Positions 50,642-59,825 of a DNA stretch of 64,000 nucleotides are shown piece after piece. The stretch's first letter is position 1, and every line of letters starts with the position of its first letter. The position numbers and the translations under genes were made by a program. The stretch covers positions 160,001 through 224,000 of the forward strand of contig CAVZLN010000008.1 in NCBI GenBank assembly GCA_963776245.1, read 5' to 3'. The DNA is from Candidatus Eiseniibacteriota bacterium. GTDB lineage: Bacteria; Eisenbacteria; RBG-16-71-46. The notes below the pieces were generated by a model. The model made no database searches, was not told the origin of the DNA, and saw only the letters and a program-made list of their open reading frames with translations.

Positions 50642-51658
50642 CTAACGATACAGCACCTTGAGCTGACCCCAGGTCTTCCTCTCCGTCGGGGTGATGGCAT
50701 CGATGCAGATGTCGTCGATGACCCCCCACGAGATGAAGTTGGGATCGTCCAGCGCATACTCGTTCTCTGGATTCACCGTCAGCCAGCCCGCGGTGTGCGG
50801 AGCCGTCCAGAGCGGGAACACGTAGGTGGACGAGGAGGTCGACGTCGCGTCGGGCGTGACACCGATCACGTCGTAGGCCGCGACTGGCGGATAGTCCGCC
50901 GGGTCAATGCCGGAGACGGCCAGCCGGAACCGCACGTACGGGGGCAGCGCCGGATTGTAATCGAGCATCCGGTAGCACACCGTCACCTGGTACTTCGCAC
51001 CGGCCACGATGGGGGTCCCCAACGCCTGCTTGATCGATTCCCCTACGAACTGGTTGCCCCACATCTGGACGGCGCGGGTGAGCCCGCACCCGCTATTGGT
51101 CACCTGCGGACTTCCCGTCAGGGCCGACCAGTCGTTCAGCGTGGCGGCCGGCATGTCACCGGAGCCGGCGCCCGCGGCGAAATCGCTGTTCGAGACCAAG
51201 CCGCAATTCTGGACCGGGCCGGGGCAGCTCGGACCCTCCACCGGGACGTTACACTGGACGACACCATCGACGAAGATGTCGGCGGTGCAGTACGAAGTGA
51301 TACATCCGCAGATGCAGAAATGGGCCACGCCTGAGGCATCGGTAAGCGCGCTGACGAAGTTGCCGGTGCGAGTGATACCGACGGGCTGCGTCGGACAGAG
51401 TTCTTCCGAGCAGTACCCGAAATCGATGCTGACGTTCGATCCCCAGACCGGGTTCCCTCCGATGTCCTTCACGATCACGTCGAAGCAACTGCTGCCATCG
51501 GTCGCCATCGTCACGGCCGTGGGACAGGTACTGGACTGTGGGTTGAGGACCGAGGGCAGAATCTGGGCCATCGCTTGACCCACAGCGAGGATCGTCGCTC
51601 CGATCACGATCAGACCGCTGATGATGATTCCCATTGCGGTGCGGTTCCGTGGTGTCAT
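50642..51658 (-). CDS. Cys-rich secreted protein with C-terminal 'TWGQLKVLYR' motif
   Basis: Signal peptide, multiple Cys pairs, Ig-like 'V.VKD..GNPV.G..V.IDF...TDASG.A.F', ends 'ITPTERKTWGQLKVLYR'; RBS GAGGA. Confidence 0.8.
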   Translation of the reverse strand: MTPRNRTAMGIIISGLIVIGATILAVGQAMAQILPSVLNPQSSTCPTAVTMATDGSSCFDVIVKDIGGNPVWGSNVSIDFGYCSEELCPTQPVGITRTGNFVSALTDASGVAHFCICGCITSYCTADIFVDGVVQCNVPVEGPSCPGPVQNCGLVSNSDFAAGAGSGDMPAATLNDWSALTGSPQVTNSGCGLTRAVQMWGNQFVGESIKQALGTPIVAGAKYQVTVCYRMLDYNPALPPYVRFRLAVSGIDPADYPPVAAYDVIGVTPDATSTSSSTYVFPLWTAPHTAGWLTVNPENEYALDDPNFISWGVIDDICIDAITPTERKTWGQLKVLYR

Positions 51659-51985
51659 GACAAGTTCCTCGCGGCGTGCCCGCATGGGGCCACGCCAGTT
51701 GAGATCCACGAGAAGTGCAATCGCAGGACCCGCCGCGTGCGGAGACCGATCATCGCAGGCGGGGGTGATGCGAAGACGAAACAGACGAGCGTGCTCTCGA
51801 GCCGGTGGAGCCGTGTGTCCATGTCGTCGCCCTCGGGGTGCGAAGCCATGCGGATTGCCCAGACCCGTGGTACCGCCGGGCGCCACACGGCGCATCCGGG
51901 ACGCCACGGGAAACCCGCGTGTTCGTCGACTCGAGCTCATCTTGCATGGGGATCGGCCGTGTGTCTGTGACGGCGGCCGGCGTTT

Positions 51986-52005
51986 CGTGTGACGGCGGTC
52001 ACACG
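51986..52005. promoter_or_regulatory. CRP-type binding site (TGTGA-N6-TCACA)
   Basis: CGTGTGA-CGGCGG-TCACACG; a second half-site TGTGACGGCGG lies 22 bp upstream at 51966. Confidence 0.7.
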
Positions 52006-52084
52006 GGGACGGTCGCCGCCACGCGTCGACACATGCCTGCGGGCGGGGATCCGACGTCCCGGATCGGGATACGTCGCGCGCCGT

Positions 52085-52798
52085 CTACTGCTCGGATATC
52101 CGCTCGAGCAGGGAGGGGTTCAGGATCCGGATCGTCCCGTTGTTGAGTTTCACGGCGCCCTGCTCGGCCAGCCGCCGCAGCGAGCGCGACAGCGTCTCGC
52201 GGGTGGTGCCGATCAGCAGCGCCATCTCATCGCGGCCCATCGAGACCGAATGCGCCGCCGCGGCCCCGGGGCTCGCGCCGCGACCGTTCGCTAGCGCCGC
52301 CAGCAGTCGCGAGGTCCTTGCGGCGACGCTCGCGTGGGTGCGTGCGACGAGCTGCTCCTCGGTCAGCAGGTAGTCCTTCGACAGGCATCCCAGCAGCCGC
52401 ATCGCCAGGTCGGGGCAGTCCCGCACCGCGGTCAGGAACGCCTCCCTTGGAATCGCGCAGAGCACCGAGGGCTCGAGCGCCTCGGCCGAGACCTGGTAGG
52501 GCATCTTGGCGAGCACCTCCCGGACCCCCAGCATCTCCCCGGGCCCGCGCATGCCCACCACGACCTCGTGACCGTTGTTGGCGGACCGGGTCAGTTTCAC
52601 GTGCCCCGAATGGACGGAGAGGATGGCGAGTGCCGGGGTGTCGTGATGCACCACCACCTGGCCTGCCTCGTAGCGGCGGGCGAGCCGCTCCCGGCCGAGC
52701 GCGGAGTCCTGGCTCGGGGAAAGGCACGAGAAGATCCGCTTCGCGGGACAGAGATCGCTCCGGCACTCGAGCCGGGGACAATGGAAACGGATCGCCAT
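52085..52798 (-). CDS. Crp/Fnr family transcriptional regulator with N-terminal Cys cluster
   Basis: 'C..LEC..DLC.....FSC', cNMP-like domain 'SG.VKL.....G.E.......PGE..G', HTH 'GTTRETLSR'. Confidence 0.9.
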   Translation of the reverse strand: MAIRFHCPRLECRSDLCPAKRIFSCLSPSQDSALGRERLARRYEAGQVVVHHDTPALAILSVHSGHVKLTRSANNGHEVVVGMRGPGEMLGVREVLAKMPYQVSAEALEPSVLCAIPREAFLTAVRDCPDLAMRLLGCLSKDYLLTEEQLVARTHASVAARTSRLLAALANGRGASPGAAAAHSVSMGRDEMALLIGTTRETLSRSLRRLAEQGAVKLNNGTIRILNPSLLERISEQ

Positions 52799-52958
52799 GG
52801 CGGCCTCGCGTGATCGACCTCTCGGGGGGACAGGGTCGCGTCGCGCGGGGCGCACGAGTTCGCGATTCGCCTGCGAGATAGGGAACTGACGTTCGCAGAC
52901 CAAGACTAACACCCGGCGGGGGCCGCGAGACGGATTATATCGAGGCCGCCGGGCTCCC

Positions 52959-54542
52959 CTACCCCGCCGGCCCCAGCTCCTCGCGCAGCGCTGCCGCGGC
53001 CCGCAGGGCCAGCGCCACCGCGGTGAGCGTCGGGTTCACGGCGCCGCCGGCGCCCACGAACGAACCCAGGCCGAGCGTCCAGACGCCCTGCACGCCGTGC
53101 ACGCGGCCCATCCCGTCGGTCACGCTGTCGCGCTCGTTGGTGCCCATGCGCGTGGTGCCCATGTGGTGGGCGAAGGTGGCGAAGTCGATCATCTCGCGGA
53201 AGAACCACTCGCGGGCGCCGGTGGTCTTCGCGACCCGCTCGAAGATCTGCACGCCCCACTCGAACGAGCGGCGGTCGAACTCGTCGAGCGAGTACTGCAC
53301 GTGCGGCACCGGGTCGCCGAACAGGTCGCGATAGGTGGTCGAGAGCGTGAGACGCTTGTCCGGGCTGGTCGACGACTCGGCGTGGATGGCCACCCGCCGG
53401 CAGCGGCGCACGACCTCCATGCGGCGCATCACGTCCGCGGCCGTGGGCTCCTCGCCCGCTTCCTTGACGTGGGATTGCCAGATGTTCGAAGGCAGCTCGA
53501 TCTTGATGCCGCCGATCCGGCCGCGCTCCTTCGGCTCGCAGAACTGCTGGCTCTGCCCGGTCCACCAGCCGACCGTGCCCGCGAACATCGGTTCCTTCCA
53601 GTGCATGTGGCCGCTCCACACGTGGTGGAACACCAGGTTCGCCCCCACCTGGCCGCCGCGATTGCCGATCCCGTCCGGGCGGGCCCCATCGCGTGACATG
53701 AGCAGCAGCCGCGCCGAGTCGAAGGCCCCGGCGGCGACGATGACCAGGTCGGCCGCGTGCTCGCGCTCGGCCGCGTCGCGGTTGCCGCGCACCACCAGCG
53801 CGCGGGCGCGGCCCTGCGCGTCGAGCACGATGCGGCGCACCGAGGTGTCGGGGAGGATGCGGCACCGCCCGGTGGCCACCGCGCGCTGCAGGTGGTGATT
53901 GGGCGAGTAACGCGACCCGATCGGGCACACCTCGCACACCCCGAAGTTCATGCACGCGGGCCGGCCGTCGAAGTCGAGCCGCGTGCGCGCCTGAGGCGTG
54001 CTGTGCATGTGGATGCCACCCTTCCCGAGCAGCGCGACCAGCCGGTGATCGTCGGGCGTGAGCGGGAACGAAGGCAGCGGATAGGGCTTCGAGCGCCGCG
54101 GCGCGAAGGGGTTGTCGTCATCGGTGCCCGAGACGCCGAGGAACGACTCGGCCTCGCAGTACCAGGGCTCGAGCTCCTCATAGGTGATGGGCCAGTCGGC
54201 GCTGAAGCCGAACCGGGTCCGCAGCTTGAAGTCATCGGGGCGCATGCGCATGGTGAGCCCGGCCCACTGGGTCGCGCTCCCGCCCACGCCCATCACGCGC
54301 TCGGCGGTCAGGTCGCGGACGTAGTCGCCGCTCTGCGTGACCTTGCGCAGCTCGTGGTGGGCGCGGAAGCGCTGACTGTCCTCGACCCCCATCACGCTGT
54401 CCTCGAACTGCGGCTGGTGCGGGTAGGGCAGGTCCGGGCCGCGCTCGAAGATCACCACGTCGTGCCCGGCGCGCGTGAAGGTGTCGGCGAACGCCGCGGC
54501 CACCACCCCGGCCCCGACGATCGCGATGCTCCGGCCGCTCAT
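52959..54542 (-). CDS. GMC family FAD oxidoreductase (gluconate/sugar dehydrogenase large subunit-like)
   Basis: 'IVGAG', 'VGGS...W.G...R', 'WPITYEELEPWY', Cys motif 'C..FG.C..CP', 'HHMGTTRMG', 'NPTLT..ALA.R'. Confidence 0.92.
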   Translation of the reverse strand: MSGRSIAIVGAGVVAAAFADTFTRAGHDVVIFERGPDLPYPHQPQFEDSVMGVEDSQRFRAHHELRKVTQSGDYVRDLTAERVMGVGGSATQWAGLTMRMRPDDFKLRTRFGFSADWPITYEELEPWYCEAESFLGVSGTDDDNPFAPRRSKPYPLPSFPLTPDDHRLVALLGKGGIHMHSTPQARTRLDFDGRPACMNFGVCEVCPIGSRYSPNHHLQRAVATGRCRILPDTSVRRIVLDAQGRARALVVRGNRDAAEREHAADLVIVAAGAFDSARLLLMSRDGARPDGIGNRGGQVGANLVFHHVWSGHMHWKEPMFAGTVGWWTGQSQQFCEPKERGRIGGIKIELPSNIWQSHVKEAGEEPTAADVMRRMEVVRRCRRVAIHAESSTSPDKRLTLSTTYRDLFGDPVPHVQYSLDEFDRRSFEWGVQIFERVAKTTGAREWFFREMIDFATFAHHMGTTRMGTNERDSVTDGMGRVHGVQGVWTLGLGSFVGAGGAVNPTLTAVALALRAAAALREELGPAG

Positions 54543-55105
54543 GCGCCCGACCCGCGGGGCGCGGTGAGCGCGCGCGGCACTCCCGGCCACGCGTCGTAGC
54601 CCAGACGCACCCACGCGTCGGTGGCGGCGAAGCGTGCCAGCAGGGTGCGCACGATGTGCTGGCTGTCGCGCGCGCGCTCGTGCGCGACGAGCCCGCGCCA
54701 CCCGCGCCGCCAGCCCCGCAGCGGGCGCAACTCGGCCAGCAGGCGCCGCTGCCCCGCGCGCGGCAGCTCCGCGAAGCCCGCCGCCCCCGCGGCGCGCCCC
54801 GCGGCGTCGAGACGCGCGACGAAGCGCTCGACCAGCGACCGGTGTCCCGGCAGGTTCTCCGCGCGCCAGCGGAACGCCTCGACATAGTGCCCGGGATCGA
54901 TGGGCTCCCCGAGCAACGCCACCACCACCGCGCCCAGCACCGTGCCGGCGCGGGTCGAGAGCGGGCCGGGCGCCGAGCGGTCGAGCGGGGCGTCGAGCGC
55001 CCAGCGGCGCAGCGCGCGCCGCTGGGTCCACGCGGCGCCCGCCGCGAGCGCCAGGGCCGCGGCGGCGCCGAGGGTGAGGAAGCGGCGGCGGCTGATCCGG
55101 GTCAT
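54539..55105 (-). CDS. Tat-exported gluconate 2-dehydrogenase subunit 3-like small subunit
   Basis: Twin-arginine 'SRRRFL' signal; 'LD........GFAEL....Q..LL', 'W..LGY..WPG'; ATGA coupling on both sides. Confidence 0.7.
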   Translation of the reverse strand: MTRISRRRFLTLGAAAALALAAGAAWTQRRALRRWALDAPLDRSAPGPLSTRAGTVLGAVVVALLGEPIDPGHYVEAFRWRAENLPGHRSLVERFVARLDAAGRAAGAAGFAELPRAGQRRLLAELRPLRGWRRGWRGLVAHERARDSQHIVRTLLARFAATDAWVRLGYDAWPGVPRALTAPRGSGA

Positions 55106-57219
55106 GGTCGTCCCTCTCCCGCGGCCTTGATCCCGTCCATGCGCACGACGTACGCGGTGTCGCAGGTCTGGGTCACGAAGCGCGTGAAGCGCGCGCTGTC
55201 CCCCATGCACCAGTCGCCCTCGACGTAGCGTTCGCGGCACCACTCGCCGGGCGAGCCCACCACCACCACCGCCGCCCCCGAGCGCGCGAGATTGCCGAGC
55301 CACCGCGCGCGGTCGGCGAGAGCGCGCCGTGATGGCTGGAAGTCCCATGCATGCGGACCCTCCCGCCAGTCTCGATCGACCGGAAGGTACACCGGGCGGC
55401 CCGAGAAGTCGCGGCCCCAGTACGCCCACGACAGGTCCACGCCGGTGAGCGCGATGGGCCGTCCCGCGGCACGGGCGCGCACCTCGCGCACCTGCGCCGC
55501 GGTCAGGTTGTGGACCCGGCAGGCGAACGCGTCCCACGCGCGCTCGAAAGCGCGCTGGCGTCTCGGTTCCACCACCGCCACGGCGAGCGCCAGCACGCCG
55601 GACACCGCCAGCACCGCGAGCGCGCGCGCCGCCAGCGGCCATCGCCGACGCGCCAGCACGCGCACCATCAGCACGCCCAGGATCGCGGCCACCATGCCGG
55701 GCACGAGATGGCTGGCGCCGCGGCGCAGCATCGCCAGCGCGAGCAGTCCGGCCACCACGCTGGCCGCCCCGGGCAGCGGCAGGCGCGACAGTCCGACCGC
55801 GGCGAGCGGGGCGAAGGCCACCAGCGCGGGCGCCGCGAGGCGCAGGTTGTCGAGGTTCAGCCGCGGGGCCCGGCCCGCGGCCGCGGGCTCGTACGACCCC
55901 GAGAACGGACCGAACAGATAGAGCGCCGAGCACGCGAGCGCGATCACGAACAGCGTCCGCGCGCCGTCGCGGGGCGCGGTCGAGGCCAGCCCGCCGTCCT
56001 GGCGGCCGCGCATCGCGAGCCACAGCGGCAGGCCGGTCACGAGCACGGCGAGCGACATGCCGTAGAAGCCCCACAGCCGCGGCAGCGTGGTGTGCCCGCC
56101 GTACCCGTCGAACCACACGTGCACCTGCGAGGTGCGCGCCTGGTCGAGCGTGTTCATCAGCCCGGGCAGCACCCAGGGCCCGACGCGCAGCTCGGCCGGG
56201 TAGAGCGGGTTGCCCGCCACCCACACGTTGCGCACCATCCAGTAACCGCCGATGAGGAGCGCGGCGGCCAGGCTGGTGGGATGTCCGAGCACCGAACGGA
56301 TGCGCGCGAACGCGCCGCGGCCGGTGATCGCCACCAGCAGGACGAGCACGGCGTACGCGGGCCCGGTGCCCTTGGTGCCGGCGAGCAGCCCGAGGGCCAG
56401 CAGCATGAGCGCGAGCTGCGGTCCGGTCGCGCCCCGGCGCGCCCGCACGGCGAACAGCAGCGCCACCGCGAACCACATCGCCAGCGAATCGTCCACGCGC
56501 GTGCCGAGCGTGAGCTGCACCAGCCCGGGCGCGATCGCCACGCACAGCGCCACGCCCTCGGCCGCCACCGCGCGGGCCCCCGCGAGCAGGCCGAGACGGC
56601 GCACCGCGAGTCCGAGCAGACCGAGCGCCATCGCGTTCTGCCACGGCATCAGGGTCTCGCGCCGCACCGCCCAGCCCGCCCACATCTGCAGCACCTCGCC
56701 ATTGCCCGGGAAGTAGAGCCCGAACACCGGCGGGTCGTGCAGCGCCGCGCCGAGGGTGCCGCTCTGCATCCAGTGCGCGACCATCGGCAGGTGGTAATGG
56801 AAGCTGTCCCAGTCCACGGGCGGGTTGCGGAGCGAGAACAGCATGCGCCCGAGCACCACCCCGCCCACCAGGGTGAGGAACATCGCCGAGGGGAGCGCGG
56901 CCTCCTCGAGCGGCGCCCCGCCGGGCATGGCGTCGCGTGCGCGCCGGCGGCCCACCAGGGCGAACGCCGCGCATGCCGCGAGCGCCCAGCTCCAGTCGCG
57001 CAGCGCGGAGAACGTGCCGAGCACCATCGCGGACGCGACCACCACCGCGGCGACCTCGGTGGCGACCGCGAGCACGACGATGTCCCACGGGGTCCCGCCC
57101 AGCCGCCGGCGCACCGCGGCGTGCGCGCGCGCCGCGCCGAAGGCGAGGATGCCCCCGGCGACCGCGAGTCGCGGCCACACGGTCTGCGCGAGATCCAGGG
57201 CGGTCGGGTCGAAGGGCAT
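55102..57219 (-). CDS. large multi-pass membrane protein (GT-C glycosyltransferase-like)
   Basis: More than 12 TMs, 'PP..WDS..YHLP....W.Q', 'YFPGNGE', 'GTK..G', 'W..RN....GNP.YP'. Confidence 0.65.
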   Translation of the reverse strand: MPFDPTALDLAQTVWPRLAVAGGILAFGAARAHAAVRRRLGGTPWDIVVLAVATEVAAVVVASAMVLGTFSALRDWSWALAACAAFALVGRRRARDAMPGGAPLEEAALPSAMFLTLVGGVVLGRMLFSLRNPPVDWDSFHYHLPMVAHWMQSGTLGAALHDPPVFGLYFPGNGEVLQMWAGWAVRRETLMPWQNAMALGLLGLAVRRLGLLAGARAVAAEGVALCVAIAPGLVQLTLGTRVDDSLAMWFAVALLFAVRARRGATGPQLALMLLALGLLAGTKGTGPAYAVLVLLVAITGRGAFARIRSVLGHPTSLAAALLIGGYWMVRNVWVAGNPLYPAELRVGPWVLPGLMNTLDQARTSQVHVWFDGYGGHTTLPRLWGFYGMSLAVLVTGLPLWLAMRGRQDGGLASTAPRDGARTLFVIALACSALYLFGPFSGSYEPAAAGRAPRLNLDNLRLAAPALVAFAPLAAVGLSRLPLPGAASVVAGLLALAMLRRGASHLVPGMVAAILGVLMVRVLARRRWPLAARALAVLAVSGVLALAVAVVEPRRQRAFERAWDAFACRVHNLTAAQVREVRARAAGRPIALTGVDLSWAYWGRDFSGRPVYLPVDRDWREGPHAWDFQPSRRALADRARWLGNLARSGAAVVVVGSPGEWCRERYVEGDWCMGDSARFTRFVTQTCDTAYVVRMDGIKAAGEGRP

Positions 57220-57387
57220 GGGCGCTCGATTGCGCGGACGCCCGGGGCGGCGCGTCCGCTCGTGGAACGGGTCCGCTCCGGCGGCCAGGAGCCCGCCGGG
57301 CGGCACTGGGTCATCGGCTCGCGGAGCCGCCGACTTCAGGCGGACGGGAGCGCCACGGGCCGCCCCGTGCGCGCCACGCGCCGCGTC

Positions 57388-58614
57388 CTATTTCGCTCCC
57401 ACCACCAGCCTCAGTGTGTCCCGCGCGATGATGAGCTCCTCATTGGTCGGGATCACCAGGGTGCGCACCGGGGCGTCGTCGGCCGAGATGTCGGCCTCCC
57501 GGCCCACCGCCGCGGCGTTCTTCTCCGGATCCACCCGCACTCCCATGAATCCCAGCCCCTCGAGCGCGCGCGCCCGGATGGGGGGCGCGTTCTCGCCGAT
57601 CCCGCCGGTGAAGATCACCGCGTCCATCCCGCCCATGGCACCGGCATAGGCCGCGACGTACTTCTTCACACGGTAGCAGAAGATCGCGATCGCCACCGCC
57701 GCGCCCTCGTGTCCGCGGGCCTCGGCCGCGAGCAGCTCGGCCATGTCGTTCGAGAAGCCGGACACCCCGAACAGGCCCGAGTGCTTGTTGAGCAGGGTCG
57801 AGGCCTGGTGCTCGGTGAGGTCCTCCTTGTGCATGATGTGGAAGATCACCGCGGGATCGAGATCGCCGCAGCGCGTGCCCATCAGCAGGCCTTCGAGCGG
57901 GGTGAAGCCCATCGAGGTGTCCACCGAGCGGCCGCGCTCGATGGCGCACACGCTCGCGCCGTTGCCGAGATGGCAGGTGACGAGCCGGGTCTCCTCGCGC
58001 GGACGCCCGAGCAGTTCCTGCGAGCGCCAGCCCACGAAACGGTGCGACGTGCCGTGGAAGCCGTAGCGGCGGATCCCGTGGCGGGTGTGGAGCACACGCG
58101 GCAGCCCGTAGAGGTAGGCGTGCTGCGGCAGGGTCTGGTGGTACGCGGTGTCGAACACCGCCGCGTGCGGCACCCGGGGCATGAGCTTCTGGGCGGCGTA
58201 GTACCCGCGCAGGTTGTGCGGATTGTGCAGCGGCGCGAGCTCCGAGCAGTCCTCGATCCCGCGCACCACCTCGGGGGTGACGATCGCGCTGGCGGCGAAC
58301 TTCTCGCCCCCATGCACCATGCGGTGCCCGACCGCCTCGATCTCCCGCGGGTCGTGGATGACCCCGGTCTCGGGCGCCGTGAGCGCGCGCAGGATGTCCG
58401 CGATCGCCACGCGGTGCTCGAGGATCTCCTTCGACTCGACCGTCTTGCCGCGTCCCTCGGGCTGATAGCTGTGCAGCGCGCTCGCGGTGCCGATGCGCTC
58501 GACCGAGCCGCGCGCGATGGGGTGGTCGCGGTTCTTCTCGATCAGATCGAGCGAGGTCTCGATGAGCTGGTACTTGACCGACGAGGAGCCTGAGTTGAGG
58601 ACCAGGATCATCAT
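57388..58614 (-). CDS. ackA: acetate kinase
   Basis: 'LVLNSGSSSVKYQL', 'GHRMVHGG', 'LAPLHNP', 'YGFHGTSH', 'CHLGNGAS', 'FTGGIGEN', 'PTNEEL'. Confidence 0.96.
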   Translation of the reverse strand: MMILVLNSGSSSVKYQLIETSLDLIEKNRDHPIARGSVERIGTASALHSYQPEGRGKTVESKEILEHRVAIADILRALTAPETGVIHDPREIEAVGHRMVHGGEKFAASAIVTPEVVRGIEDCSELAPLHNPHNLRGYYAAQKLMPRVPHAAVFDTAYHQTLPQHAYLYGLPRVLHTRHGIRRYGFHGTSHRFVGWRSQELLGRPREETRLVTCHLGNGASVCAIERGRSVDTSMGFTPLEGLLMGTRCGDLDPAVIFHIMHKEDLTEHQASTLLNKHSGLFGVSGFSNDMAELLAAEARGHEGAAVAIAIFCYRVKKYVAAYAGAMGGMDAVIFTGGIGENAPPIRARALEGLGFMGVRVDPEKNAAAVGREADISADDAPVRTLVIPTNEELIIARDTLRLVVGAK

Positions 58615-59507
58615 CGCGCCACCTCCGCCGCGGCGGGATCCGCGACGCGCGCGTGGCCCGCGTAGGTGAAGAAGCCGCGCCCGGTCTTGCGGCCGAGGTG
58701 GCCGGCGCGGACCATCTTGCGCAGCAGCGGGCAGGGCCGGTACTTGAGCTCGCCCAGCTCGTCGAACAGGTGGTCCATCCAGCCCATCACCTTGTCGAGG
58801 CCGACGCGGTCGGCGTACTCGAGCGGGCCCATCTTGAGCTCGTAGGCCAGCCGGATCGCCTCGTCCACGCTCTCGGCGCTCGCCACGCCCTCCATCACGA
58901 CGTGGATGGCCTCGTTGAGCAGCGGGAGCATCACCCGCGTGAGCACGTAGCCCGGGGTCTCGAACACCTCGACCACCTTCTTGTCGAGCGCGCGCGCCAG
59001 CTCGAGCGCCCTCTGGAAGGTGTCGTCCGAGGTCTCGGCGCCGCGCACCACCTCGACCAGCGGGGTGCGCGTCACCGGGTGCATGAAGTGCATGCCCACC
59101 ACCTTGTCCGGCCGCCCCGAGGCGGTGGCGATCTCGGTGATGGAGAGGGTCGAGGTGTTGGTGATGAAGATGCGGTCGGCGGGCAGCACCGCGCCGAGAT
59201 GCCGCATCACGCGCTTCTTGGTCTCGAGGTCCTCCTGCACGGTCTCGATGACCATGTCGGTGTCGGCGAGCGCCGCCGGGTCGGTCACGAAGCGCACGCG
59301 CGACAGCACCACGTTCTTCTCCGACGCCGTGATGCCCCACTTGGCCAGTTCGGCGTCGAGGATGCGCGCCAGGTCATGCGCCGCCGCCCGGGCGCGCTCC
59401 TCGGAGACCTCCAGTACGGAAACGTCGATGCCGTTCGAGGCGACCTTCTCGGCGATGGACTTGCCCATGTGTCCGCCGCCCACGATGCCCAGCCTGCGGA
59501 ATTCCAT
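58611..59507 (-). CDS. 3-hydroxybutyryl-CoA / 3-hydroxyacyl-CoA dehydrogenase
   Basis: 'GIVGGGHMG', 'E.V.E....K', 'NTSTLSITEIA', 'GMHFMHP', 'MGPL..AD.VGLD', 'GHLGRKTG.GF'. Confidence 0.92.
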   Translation of the reverse strand: MEFRRLGIVGGGHMGKSIAEKVASNGIDVSVLEVSEERARAAAHDLARILDAELAKWGITASEKNVVLSRVRFVTDPAALADTDMVIETVQEDLETKKRVMRHLGAVLPADRIFITNTSTLSITEIATASGRPDKVVGMHFMHPVTRTPLVEVVRGAETSDDTFQRALELARALDKKVVEVFETPGYVLTRVMLPLLNEAIHVVMEGVASAESVDEAIRLAYELKMGPLEYADRVGLDKVMGWMDHLFDELGELKYRPCPLLRKMVRAGHLGRKTGRGFFTYAGHARVADPAAAEVAR

Positions 59508-59825
59508 CCCTGTTCCATCCTGTGTTGGAGCCGGGGGCGCGCGATGCCGCGGCCGCCCGGACGAGCTCACCTGAGGGTCGCCCGCAGTCTAGCGCGAGTG
59601 TCGGCGCTTGTCCCGGCGGGGCGGGCGCGGTTGCGCTCGATGAGGCCGCTCCGTATCGTGCTCGTGGACCGCGACGAGACCCCACCCGCGCGGCCCACCG
59701 TGAGATCGGTCACGGATCGCGTCGAGCGGACCCCGGCGACGTCGCCCCCACGCCGCGCCCGCTCCCTCGCCTGGTCTTCGTGCGGCCGCGGCTACCACGG
59801 CCCACGCCACCTCTGGAGGTTTGCG

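Noticed and set aside
51760..51945. Possible riboswitch/ncRNA upstream of the TWG-tail gene (several short inverted repeats)
   Set aside because: No recognisable aptamer consensus, and such pairings are expected by chance at this GC content.
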